From Eubacteriales bacterium (GTDB lineage: Bacteria > Bacillota > Clostridia > Oscillospirales > CAG-272), in NCBI GenBank assembly GCA_045128275.1, contig JBGVRH010000063.1:1739-65738 (forward strand): DNA of 64,000 nucleotides, read 5' to 3'. Position numbers and translations under genes: made by a program. The notes beneath the pieces are model-generated. The model ran no database searches. It was given only the letters and a program-made list of their open reading frames with translations, and was not told where the DNA came from. Of this stretch, positions 44,854 to 53,441 are shown one piece after another (within the stretch, counting starts at the first letter, position 1; every line of letters begins with the position of its first letter).

Positions 44854-44996
44854 AAGCCCGTAGAGCGGTTTCCTATTTTGGCGTGCAAATGGTGCAATTT
44901 GTGCAATAAACGCCACACGCAAAGAATACGGGGCAAATTCGGGCATTGTGGCCGCTCATGCTCCGCTCAAAAGAAAAATCCCCCTATTTCGGGGGA

Positions 44997-45509
44997 TCAA
45001 TCGTAAATGTGGGCGGTAGCAATTGCCCAGTAAATTCTTCGGGCACGGGAGAGCCAGCCGTAAACCGTGGAGCGGGAAACATAGTGGGTCATGCAGAATT
45101 TCGTGATTCTGCTGTCAATATCACTCTTGTGGAGCGGTTCCGTAGGGCGGACAAAGTACACGGCTTTCACGGCTTCGATGATCCACGGCTTTTCCATAGC
45201 CCGTAATACGGATAGGGTTTGTGAAACGAACACCTCACACGGAATGTCGCGGGGATCCACTTCGCTGATCCGTGGAGCGGTTTCGCCGTTGGCGGCGTAC
45301 CGTCGGAATGCCTCGGTTATTTGGGCGCGTTCCGCTCTTCCCAATCGGGGCGGCTCACGGTGTCGCAAACCGCCCCTTTCTTCATTGCCCGCGCTTGTAC
45401 ATGGCTGGGGATCCTTCGCGCTTCGCTCGGGCTTTGTTTGAGATTTTCTCCTCGGTTCCTCCTTGCTTTCTTTGCGGGATTCCTCTTGGTTTGCTCTTGC
45501 TTCAAGCAT
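44997..45509 (-). CDS. HTH-containing phage regulatory protein (possibly ArpU/RinA-like late regulator)
   Basis: C-terminal THYVSRSTVYGWLSRARRIYW looks like an HTH/sigma region-4-like segment. Overlaps the stop of the 978-aa gene by 8 nt. The true start is uncertain. Confidence 0.45.
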   Translation of the reverse strand: MLEARANQEESRKESKEEPRRKSQTKPERSAKDPQPCTSAGNEERGGLRHREPPRLGRAERAQITEAFRRYAANGETAPRISEVDPRDIPCEVFVSQTLSVLRAMEKPWIIEAVKAVYFVRPTEPLHKSDIDSRITKFCMTHYVSRSTVYGWLSRARRIYWAIATAHIYD

Positions 45510-48438
45510 GGTTCATTCGGTTGCGCTTGAAGTTGAAATAGATCCGATTCGGTGCTATACGGCCATTCTTGCCCAGCATAAACCGCCCGCCCTTGATGAT
45601 TGCCCAAGACTCAAAGCCCGTGGGCGGTGTGCCGACATAGGTCAGACAGCCGTTGACCGTGTCCACGGTGATGGGGAAGGTGGCAAGGTAGCCTTTCACA
45701 TCCGTCGTTCCCGTGAGCTGGTTGATTCTACGGCCATAGAAATAGATCTGTGCCGAGGTGGCCATCTGGGATTGACGGACGGCGGCACAATGGTACGCGA
45801 TGCCGTCACCGATGATCAGCCCGTCGTTGGTGATGTAGTGGAGCTGGTAGGAGAGACATCCCGCGTCTGCGCTGTCCTTGTGCCATAGGACGGGGTATTT
45901 GCCTGTATTGACCATTACCGTGCCCCCGCTGATTCCCGAAGATTCGGGGAGATTGTGGGCGGTCTGAAGGGCATTGGAAGAGGTTGCACCCGTCAAGAGC
46001 CTAAAGCCTACCGAGTGGGCTTGTGCATAGAAGGGATCGCCGTATGGGACGTAATCTTGGACGCGGTAGGAGGCCACGGAATCGGGGATAAAGGGGTGTT
46101 TCATGGTTCCGCCCGTGGAGGACTTGGAGCCAGCGGCAAAATTATCTTCCATCCGCCAGCCGAAGTACAGGGATGTACCAAGCGCAAGGGAGATCACGGG
46201 CAAAGCCACGGGCTTGGAGGTGATGGGGTTGCCGTCCTCATCGTAGGTGGTGACCTCGGCAAGGCTCGCATCTTTCCCGCCCGATTGGCTGGAGAACGCC
46301 CGCATTACCTCGTTACGGAGGGCGACGGTCATGGCGGTGTTGGCATCGTCGGCGGTCTTTGCGCCGACCTCGCAAAACTCCTCCAGCACCGTGTAGCGAT
46401 CCTCCGATGCGGGGATCTCAAACTGGCGGATGGCGTTATTGATTTCCACCCTCGCGCCGAGCTGGTTGTAGCCCGTTGACAGGGCAATATTGGCCAGCAC
46501 GAAGTCATGGTAGATCCGCGCCGTCACGGAGGAGATGTAGTTGTCATCATCGTAGAGAGTGCCAGGGGAAGGAACGTCCTCCAGCCGTCTGAACATATAC
46601 ATCATGGAGTCCGAGGAGGAGGCCATCATGGCAAGCTGACCGCGTAAATTTTCCCCAAACTGACGGGACGACAATTTATTCGCGGACTGGTTGTGCGCCA
46701 GAACCGAAGGAAACGCGCCGTCATAGGTGGGCTTGTACTGGCGTACACGCGCCGTGACGGACGGAATATAGGTGATGCGGAACATGAGATTGGGGTAATC
46801 CAGACCCCGCAGAATGCCCGAAGGTGCGCCTGTGACGGCGGTGATGACGTTAGTGATGGAGTAATCCTCAAAGGCGTTGAGTGCGCTTGCGGCGGCATCC
46901 TGCGCCTTGTACCACAGACCTTCAATGTTGGGTGCGCCCTGCTTATAATACAGAGCATAGGTCTTGGAGGTGGGGTATGCGCCCGAGAATCCCGAGAGGA
47001 TGTCATACTCGGACTTTTCAAAGATGTACGGGGTAATGTCGCCCCCTGCGTAGGTCTTGCCGCCTACGGTAAAGGAGCCGACCTCCACCTTGAGGAGCTT
47101 TTCCACAGGGTGGGAGGTCTTGATGATGCCCGTCCCCTCGGTGATGCGTACATCCTCGGTTGCGGCGCGGATGGACATATACCCTCCCCCGAAAGGCTCG
47201 GTCATGCTTCCGTCCGCCTCATCGTCAAGGTTGACGAGGTTTGCGGCGAGAGCTTCAAGCCCTGCGGTGTAGTCGCCCACGGTGATGGTGGACGCGCCTC
47301 CGTAGCGCGTACCCTTGGAAAGGTCTGCCCGATCCAGCCCGCCCAGCTCGTCGAACTCGATATAATCAAGCCCGTCGGTGAGGTCATGGACGGCGCGGGG
47401 GATGGCGTGGACGTACTGGCCGACCTCTCGCAAGCATTCCCACAAGCTCCGACCGTTGGAGAAGCGGAACTCTGGGGCGGCCTTTTGGAAAATCTTCCTC
47501 TGCTCCTCGCTCTTGTAGCGGAGGCGGTAGCGGGGGGAGTCAAGGCCTTCTCGGAGGGTTTCGGAGGTGTCAAGGAGGATTTCCACCACATCCTCGACGG
47601 TGTATGGGTCACGGGTGACAGGATCGGCAACATTTAGAATATCAAATAAGACTCCATATTTCGGTGTCCCATTCGCCATTTTCAAAAGAGCAATAATTGT
47701 ATATACTCCCTCTTTTGTGTTATCTACTGTAAAGGATTCCGAGATTCCAATGTCGTTTTTCTCTAAAATCAAAGTCGATTCATTCTTGGGAGTGAATCGC
47801 ACAACTCCTTTAGTACTTGTTTCTACATAGGTAAGAGCCGTCTCTTTTTTGTTGTAGTATATTTTTACATCGCCTTTTGTCAAATCCGTGCCAGGAGAGA
47901 TTGATATGTGCTTATCAAAATCTACAAAAGATGAGAATGGGTAAAATGTCATGCTTCCTCTAATGATTGGCGATGAAAAACTACCAGATTTCATCAATTC
48001 AGGTTCAAACCCGCTGTCCGGAATTGGATAGTCAAACCAAGCCAAATTTCCGATTTTTGGCAAAAACAAATAATAAGGCCTCGTTGCTCCGTCTGTGTAA
48101 TCCTTCACAATCGGATTAGTGAACGCCTTATCCCCACACAGAATCCGCTCGGTCTCCTTGGTGTACTCCATTACGGTGACGGTGTGCTTGTAGCGATTCG
48201 CGCCGATCTTTTCTTCCACCTCATCGATGGCCACGATCCAGCTCATGGCGTGGTCTCCTCGCCCGATCTCCACGGGGGTGAAGGGGGCGAAAGGTTCCTT
48301 GCGGCGGGTGTTCGGCAGGTCCACCACGGCGAAATCAAGGGTCTCGTCAAGGGCTTTTTGGACAACGAATGGAAAGGTGAAATACTCGGTGTAATCCTCG
48401 CCGCCGATGATGAGGCGGTTGTATTTGGTGTTAATCAT
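45502..48438 (-). CDS. 978-aa beta-rich phage structural-like protein (tail/minor structural-like), mosaic
   Basis: No NTPase motifs. The composition and N-terminus (MINTKYNRLIIGGEDYTEYF...VDLPNTRRKEPF) are reminiscent of siphovirus tail-tip/minor structural proteins; this is a weak call. An internal AT-rich block lies at ~47630-48120. Confidence 0.5.
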   Translation of the reverse strand: MINTKYNRLIIGGEDYTEYFTFPFVVQKALDETLDFAVVDLPNTRRKEPFAPFTPVEIGRGDHAMSWIVAIDEVEEKIGANRYKHTVTVMEYTKETERILCGDKAFTNPIVKDYTDGATRPYYLFLPKIGNLAWFDYPIPDSGFEPELMKSGSFSSPIIRGSMTFYPFSSFVDFDKHISISPGTDLTKGDVKIYYNKKETALTYVETSTKGVVRFTPKNESTLILEKNDIGISESFTVDNTKEGVYTIIALLKMANGTPKYGVLFDILNVADPVTRDPYTVEDVVEILLDTSETLREGLDSPRYRLRYKSEEQRKIFQKAAPEFRFSNGRSLWECLREVGQYVHAIPRAVHDLTDGLDYIEFDELGGLDRADLSKGTRYGGASTITVGDYTAGLEALAANLVNLDDEADGSMTEPFGGGYMSIRAATEDVRITEGTGIIKTSHPVEKLLKVEVGSFTVGGKTYAGGDITPYIFEKSEYDILSGFSGAYPTSKTYALYYKQGAPNIEGLWYKAQDAAASALNAFEDYSITNVITAVTGAPSGILRGLDYPNLMFRITYIPSVTARVRQYKPTYDGAFPSVLAHNQSANKLSSRQFGENLRGQLAMMASSSDSMMYMFRRLEDVPSPGTLYDDDNYISSVTARIYHDFVLANIALSTGYNQLGARVEINNAIRQFEIPASEDRYTVLEEFCEVGAKTADDANTAMTVALRNEVMRAFSSQSGGKDASLAEVTTYDEDGNPITSKPVALPVISLALGTSLYFGWRMEDNFAAGSKSSTGGTMKHPFIPDSVASYRVQDYVPYGDPFYAQAHSVGFRLLTGATSSNALQTAHNLPESSGISGGTVMVNTGKYPVLWHKDSADAGCLSYQLHYITNDGLIIGDGIAYHCAAVRQSQMATSAQIYFYGRRINQLTGTTDVKGYLATFPITVDTVNGCLTYVGTPPTGFESWAIIKGGRFMLGKNGRIAPNRIYFNFKRNRMNHA

Positions 48439-48553
48439 GTAGCTCCTCCTTTACTGTTTGGCATTTCAATTTGAACCGCAACAACGCCCCCAACGGCTTC
48501 GGATTCGTTGGGGGTGCTTACGCGGCGGCGGTTGGTGGTTTACGGCTCTTTGC

Positions 48554-49387
48554 TCATGCTCCCGCTCCTTGCGCCGTCAATTCACGGGTAAGCTCGGCGC
48601 ACCGTTCCACGCGGCGGCTCTTGCCGTTTGGCTGACCGACCGACAGGAGCGCACAGCTCCCGAGCATTCGGTCAAATACGCGGCGTTTGTCCCTGTCATC
48701 GTCCCCTCTCAATTCTGAAAGGGTGTAATTCGTGGTGATAATGAGCGGAACAAGCCCATCCGTCAAATAATCAATGATCCGCCACTCGACCTCCGTCATA
48801 AATTCCGTGGATTGCTCCACGCCCATATCGTCAAGCACGATCAGATCATACGAAAGCAGACTTTGCAGAAAATCCACCTTATTCACGAAAACCCTGTTTC
48901 CGTCCTTGAAGGATTTGGGATCCCACAGTTTGTCCCGCAAGGTGAGGAAATCCGTCACAAGAACGTTATACCCTCGGTCAATGAGATCGTTTGCGACGGC
49001 ACACGCCAAATAGGTTTTACCGCCTCCGTTCTGACTGGAATGGAGTATGATACCGCGCCCTTGCTTCTTGTTCTCGTCGAAATTCGCACAATAGGCTTTC
49101 ATGGTGTCGGAAGCGGTGGGGTTTCGCCTGTCATCGTTGGCGAAGGTAAAATCAAATCTCCTTGACCGCTTTTTCTCAAAAGCCTTTTCCCGTCTGTTCT
49201 CGGCCTTTTGGTGGCGTTCCTTTTCGGCTTCCGTTTCTTTGCATTGACAAGAGACACGGACGATCTTACCTATAAACGTTTGTGTCATATCCTTGGATAC
49301 GGGGTGATTACACACCCCGCAATACCAAACGCCGTCCCGCTCATATTCGCCGTCCTTCGCCTTGAATCCGTTGTTTTTAACATCCAT
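48554..49387 (-). CDS. DnaC/IstB-like AAA+ helicase-loader protein
   Basis: GIILHSSQNGGGKTYLACAVANDL Walker A, DLIVLDDMGVEQ Walker B, N-terminal Cys-rich zinc-ribbon-like segment. Confidence 0.8.
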   Translation of the reverse strand: MDVKNNGFKAKDGEYERDGVWYCGVCNHPVSKDMTQTFIGKIVRVSCQCKETEAEKERHQKAENRREKAFEKKRSRRFDFTFANDDRRNPTASDTMKAYCANFDENKKQGRGIILHSSQNGGGKTYLACAVANDLIDRGYNVLVTDFLTLRDKLWDPKSFKDGNRVFVNKVDFLQSLLSYDLIVLDDMGVEQSTEFMTEVEWRIIDYLTDGLVPLIITTNYTLSELRGDDDRDKRRVFDRMLGSCALLSVGQPNGKSRRVERCAELTRELTAQGAGA

Positions 49388-50051
49388 TGAAAAATTCCTC
49401 CATGCTTATATCGTCTTGTGTGTGCGCGGGTACGGGTGTTTCATCGTCCCACCGTCCTTGATTCAGCCATGTGGCGGGGTTTGGGATGTATTGCCCATTA
49501 TCCCGCTTCCATTGATCGGAGGCTTTCTGCTCCTTGATTGCCTCCAGCATTCGCTGAAGCAGATCGGCGGAGGGCTTGACCTTCATGAACGCCTTTCGCG
49601 CCGCCTCTTTGCCCACCTTCTTGGGGTAGGCTTTCCAAAATTCAGCAAACCGCTCGGCGTACACATCCGACCCCGTAGGGGGAGAAGCGCACTTCGTGCG
49701 CGTTGTTCGCTTTGCTTCACTTAACTTCACTTCACTTATCTTCACTTCACTTAGGGGATGTAGGGGGGTAGGGGAGGGGGGTATGGTAGGGGGCTTGGGC
49801 GTTTCTGCTGTTTTGCTTCCCTTCCCCCCTTTTTGACCGTCTAAACGGCGCAAAATCGTGCTTTCACATGACTTCGCTATGGCGTTTGCGGTAGGGTTTT
49901 CAAATGTGGGGAGCGGCGTTTGGTTCTGTTGCAGATCAATCAGAGAATCTAAAACCGCCCGATAATCCTCGGGGGGCAACAGGCGCAGAAGCGGGAGCCA
50001 ATCGTAAAGGAGCAAAAACCCCTTTTCAAGGTTGTATGACTTGTTGGACAC
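49377..50051 (-). CDS. phage replisome-organiser/DnaD-like replication protein
   Basis: C-terminal FAEFWKAYPKKVGKEAARKAF...DQWKRDNGQYIPNPATWLNQGRWDDE is the conserved phage replication-protein signature. Overlaps the dnaC-like start by 11 nt. Confidence 0.75.
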   Translation of the reverse strand: MSNKSYNLEKGFLLLYDWLPLLRLLPPEDYRAVLDSLIDLQQNQTPLPTFENPTANAIAKSCESTILRRLDGQKGGKGSKTAETPKPPTIPPSPTPLHPLSEVKISEVKLSEAKRTTRTKCASPPTGSDVYAERFAEFWKAYPKKVGKEAARKAFMKVKPSADLLQRMLEAIKEQKASDQWKRDNGQYIPNPATWLNQGRWDDETPVPAHTQDDISMEEFFNGC

Positions 50052-50055
50052 CCGC

Positions 50056-50238
50056 TCACCCCCTCGCGGCCTGTTCGTTCAGCCACTTTTTAAGGGCTTC
50101 CACGGGTACGATGATGCGGCGTTCAGACACACGGACGGCGGGGAATCCTTCCCGCTTCGTCAGCTCATAGGCCACGGGGCGGCTGATACCGAGCATAGCG
50201 GCCATTTCATCGACGGAAACGGTGAGTTTTTCGGTCAT
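50056..50238 (-). CDS. xis: excisionase-family (HTH_17) DNA-binding protein
   Basis: MTEKLTVSVDEMAAMLGISRPVAYELTKREGFPAVRV. Start trimmed to the internal ATG, which overlaps the upstream stop (ATGA). Confidence 0.75.
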   Translation of the reverse strand: MTEKLTVSVDEMAAMLGISRPVAYELTKREGFPAVRVSERRIIVPVEALKKWLNEQAARG

Positions 50239-50429
50239 TCGTCCCCCTCCTTTTCTCCGCTCTCGGCCATCATTTCGCGGGCTTTCTTCTCCCAAAATCT
50301 TTCACGGTTCGCCCTTACCTTATCGGGGTTCTTCTGCCGCCACTCCTTCTGATAGGCTCGGCGGGCTTCCCTCTTGGCAGCTTCCATGTCGATGGGCTTA
50401 GCGGTCGTGGTGGGTTTGTTGCTGTTCAT
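50235..50429 (-). CDS. small basic phage/ICE-type protein
   Basis: AAAGGAG RBS; AKREARRAYQKEWRQKNPDKVRANRERFWEKKA. First gene of the leftward operon. Confidence 0.55.
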   Translation of the reverse strand: MNSNKPTTTAKPIDMEAAKREARRAYQKEWRQKNPDKVRANRERFWEKKAREMMAESGEKEGDE

Positions 50430-50478
50430 TTGTTCAGCTCCTTTCAATTAACCTTGTTAACTTTTTTTCTTTTACCTA

Positions 50479-50507
50479 TTGACAAACTAAACAGGCTTTG
50501 GTATAAT
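50479..50507 (+). promoter_or_regulatory. consensus promoter for the cI-like repressor / integrase operon
   Basis: TTGACA, 17 nt, TATAAT in the divergent intergenic region. Confidence 0.5.
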
Positions 50508-50624
50508 TATAGAGCAAAAACTAAAGAAAGTCAATACCAAAACTACACTTTCTTCACTTTTGTATGAATGAACAAATTTAGTTTGTTTTGTTTGTTTTGC
50601 TTGCACGAAAAAGGAGAGTTAAGA

Positions 50625-51014
50625 ATGTTCTACGAAAGGCTTATCATGGCATGCGCCATACACAACACCACACCAACCGCAATTTGTCGGGCTATCGGAT
50701 TATCTGAGGCCGCCGCCACCCGCTGGAAACAGGGATCAAAACCGCACGATACAACGATCAAAAAAATAGCCGATCATTTGGGGGTGAGTGTTTTCTTTTT
50801 TTGGGGTGAAGATTTAAAAAAAACGCCCATTGGTTTTATCGATGAAGCCATGACATATGAATACGAAAGGCTAAAAAACCATCAGGAAAGCGAAGCCGCC
50901 ACCACAGAGAATCCCATAATCGAAAAAATAGAAGAAGCCTTAAAAGAGCTGACAGAAGAAGAGCTGAAAGAGGTTGATCGATATGTGGATTATCTTGTAA
51001 ACCGTAAGAAGTGA
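50625..51014 (+). CDS. XRE/cI-like repressor
   Basis: Start trimmed to MFYERLIMACAIHNTTPTAICRAIGLSEAAATRWKQGSKP (GGAGAG RBS). Divergent from the xis/replication operon. Confidence 0.75.
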   Translation: MFYERLIMACAIHNTTPTAICRAIGLSEAAATRWKQGSKPHDTTIKKIADHLGVSVFFFWGEDLKKTPIGFIDEAMTYEYERLKNHQESEAATTENPIIEKIEEALKELTEEELKEVDRYVDYLVNRKK

Positions 51015-51047
51015 AACGGTTCTGAAATTTAACTTGCGGAGAAAACC

Positions 51048-52190
51048 ATGAAGAATCGTAACGCAAAAGGCGGCGGCTCCGTCCGTCAGCGCGAAAACGG
51101 CACATGGGAAGCCCGATGCACCATCAACGGGAAGCGGGTGAGCTTCTACGGGGAGAAACAGGCGGAGGTTTTGAAGGCCATGAGAGCGGCGCAGAAGTCC
51201 GCCGATGATGGCGCATACTTTGAGCCGAAACGGATCACCCTTGAAAAGTGGCTTGAAATGTGGCTTGACGAATATGTGAAGCCCTCGGCAAAACCGCTCA
51301 CCTTCGCCACCTATGAGAGCCGAACCCGTACCCACATAATCCCCGCCCTCGGTAAAATCAAGCTGGTAGCCCTCAATGCTACCCAAATACAGGCGTTCTA
51401 TAACCGTCTCCAGCGCGAAATGAACCTTTCCCCGAAAACCATCAAGAACGTCCACGGGATCCTCCACAAAGCCCTTGAACAGGCGTTGAAGCTCCGCTAT
51501 ATTGGCATGAACCCCGCCGACTCTTGCACCCTTCCCCGCATGGAGAAAAAGGAGATCCAACCGCTCAAAGAGGCAGAGCTTGCCGCCTTTCTGTCGGAGA
51601 TCCAGGAGGACGAACCGCTCCGCGATCTGTTCACCGTTGCCGTGTTCACGGGTATGCGGGAGGGTGAGATCTGCGGGCTACCGTGGGAAGCCGTAGACTT
51701 CGCAAACAACACGATCACCGTCAAGCAACAGCTCATGCGGGAAAAGAAAAAAGGCGGCCAGCACTACATAGCGGCCACCAAAAACGATAAATGGCGGAAA
51801 CTGACCGTCCCGCCGTTTGTCATGGATATTCTGAAAAGGGTACAGGAGGAGCAGAACCGCTCCCGCGATCTGATGGGCGCGGCATGGCTGAACCACTTCG
51901 GCCTTGTGTTTACGAACCCAGACGGGCGGTATATCATGCCCCAAACCGCCTTTAAACGGTTCAAGAAGGCCGCCGAGAAGGTGGGCAGACCCGATGCCCG
52001 CTTCCACGATCTGCGCCACACCTACGCCGTCATATCCCTTCAAGAGGGGGACGATATAAAGACCGTCCAGCAGAACCTCGGCCACGCCACGGCCAGCTTC
52101 ACCCTTGATGTGTACGGCCATGTTTCGGAGAAAATGAAACAGGAGAGCGCGGACAGAATGCAATCCTATTTTGAGAAAATCACCGACTAA
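51048..52190 (+). CDS. int: tyrosine site-specific integrase
   Basis: SAM-like N-domain plus a catalytic domain with TGMREGEICGL (Arg), FHDLRHTYA (H-x-x-R) and LGHATASFTLDVYGH (catalytic Tyr region). Confidence 0.9.
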   Translation: MKNRNAKGGGSVRQRENGTWEARCTINGKRVSFYGEKQAEVLKAMRAAQKSADDGAYFEPKRITLEKWLEMWLDEYVKPSAKPLTFATYESRTRTHIIPALGKIKLVALNATQIQAFYNRLQREMNLSPKTIKNVHGILHKALEQALKLRYIGMNPADSCTLPRMEKKEIQPLKEAELAAFLSEIQEDEPLRDLFTVAVFTGMREGEICGLPWEAVDFANNTITVKQQLMREKKKGGQHYIAATKNDKWRKLTVPPFVMDILKRVQEEQNRSRDLMGAAWLNHFGLVFTNPDGRYIMPQTAFKRFKKAAEKVGRPDARFHDLRHTYAVISLQEGDDIKTVQQNLGHATASFTLDVYGHVSEKMKQESADRMQSYFEKITD

Positions 52191-52220
52191 ATACCCCCGA
52201 AAAATACCCCCAAAAATTCT

Positions 52221-52249
52221 ATAAGGGGTACGATAAGGGGTAAAACCCC
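52221..52249. repeat. arm-type repeats ATAAGGGGTA near the right att site
   Basis: ATAAGGGGTACGATAAGGGGTAAAACCCC, between int and the tRNA. Confidence 0.55.
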
Positions 52250-52327
52250 GAAAAATGCCCGATTTTACGCAAAAATAAAAGCACCGAAAGTCCTTGATGG
52301 ATAAGGATTTTCGGTGTTTTCTTATGT

Positions 52328-52419
52328 TGGCGGAGATGGAGAGATTTGAACTCTCGCGCCGGTTAACCCGACCTACACCCTTAGCAGGGGCGCCTCTTCG
52401 GCCTCTTGAGTACATCTCC
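52328..52419 (-). tRNA. tRNA-Ser (anticodon GCU)
   Basis: Hand-folded on the minus strand: GGAGATG acceptor, anticodon stem CGCCC/GGGTG with loop CTGCTAA, long variable arm, T-arm GAGAGTTCAAATCTCTC, encoded CCA; 92 nt. Confidence 0.9.
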
Positions 52420-52461
52420 GTGTACCTGCGTGAGCGGCCGTTTGCAGAACTCACGCAGTAT

Positions 52462-52490
52462 ATTATACTACATAGGCGCGCGTTTGTCAA
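52462..52490 (-). promoter_or_regulatory. consensus promoter for tRNA-Ser
   Basis: Minus strand TTGACA (52485-52490), 17 nt, TATAAT (52462-52467). Confidence 0.55.
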
Positions 52491-52569
52491 GGGCTTTTTC
52501 AAAAAAGGCTGAAAAATCTTTCGATCTCATAGGGACTTTCCCGACAAGGAACAGGAGATGCTTGGCGTT

Positions 52570-53289
52570 TCAGGGCTTCATGGCGGCGCGGGCGATGCGG
52601 GCGGCCTCCTCCGAGATGGTGCAGTGGAGCTCAAACAGGGGGATGTCGGTGAGGACTCCGTCCAGAAGATCCAGGGTGGCCACAAGGGCGGCGGCATCGT
52701 CGGGGATGAGGAGTTGGGGCATGATGTCCCCGATGGCTGTTTCGGTCTTCAAAGGGGCGATGGTGTTTTTCTCGCCGCGGCGGAGGAAGCAGATGGCGGC
52801 CAGGGGAACCGAGGTATTGATATTCCAGCCCTCCTTACCGCACCAGGGGGTACCGTAGGCATACCACTTCCCGTCCTTTTTGCGGATGATGGGCTTATCG
52901 CCGTTGACGATGGAGATCTCGTCTCCGAAGGCTTGCTGCCAGAGCTTGATGTGTGTCGTCTTACCCACGCCGCTGTTGGCGGTGAAGGCGTAGCCGTAGC
53001 CGCCGTCCGAAATAACGGCGGAATGGAGGAGCATGGCCCCCAGAAGAGGGAGCTTACGGCAGATGGCACGGTAGATGCAGATACTCTCTATGTAACCGAC
53101 GGGCATGGTGGGCGGATTCTTTTTCTTTTCCGCCTCCAGCTCCTCGGCAGAGGCTTCCACCACCAGGTCGGCGGTCTCCTCGGTGAGGGGCTCGGGGGTC
53201 AGGTAGTTTGCGCACTGTCTCGTCACGTACTTATGGCGGGCGTGGATCAAAATATTGAGATCCGCCAGGCGGATGGAAAGATCGGGCAT
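52570..53289 (-). CDS. P-loop protein, HprK-related-kinase-like, function unknown
   Basis: Start trimmed to MPDLSIRLADL (AAAGGAG RBS). FTANSGVGKTTHIKLW P-loop in a ~240-aa protein. The family call is tentative. Confidence 0.5.
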   Translation of the reverse strand: MPDLSIRLADLNILIHARHKYVTRQCANYLTPEPLTEETADLVVEASAEELEAEKKKNPPTMPVGYIESICIYRAICRKLPLLGAMLLHSAVISDGGYGYAFTANSGVGKTTHIKLWQQAFGDEISIVNGDKPIIRKKDGKWYAYGTPWCGKEGWNINTSVPLAAICFLRRGEKNTIAPLKTETAIGDIMPQLLIPDDAAALVATLDLLDGVLTDIPLFELHCTISEEAARIARAAMKP

Positions 53290-53441
53290 GGGTAGCTCCT
53301 TTCGGGATAGAGGTAGAAAATGTCTTATATCGGAAACGGTCAAGGGAGGCCATGTCTCCCATAAAGCAAGATAAAACCGCGCCGACCGCCCCGAGGGGAG
53401 ACCGACGCGGTTTGCTGTGTGTTGGGTTGGCTGGGAATCGA

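Larger units (their letters stand above)
40058..52350. mobile_element. 12.3-kb integrase-bearing phage-like/satellite-like element inserted in tRNA-Ser(GCU)
   Basis: Exact 23-bp direct repeat at both ends, with the right copy being the tRNA 3' end. A tyrosine integrase lies next to the tRNA. Contents: cI-like/Xis switch, DnaD-like and DnaC-like replication genes, TA modules. No capsid, portal or terminase genes are recognisable. Confidence 0.8.

Noticed and set aside
49715-49760. CACTTCACTT-type repeats resembling the intergenic heptad REP elements.
   Set aside because: They lie in frame inside the DnaD-like gene (SEVKISEVKLSE linker), so they are probably coding low-complexity sequence rather than a REP insertion.
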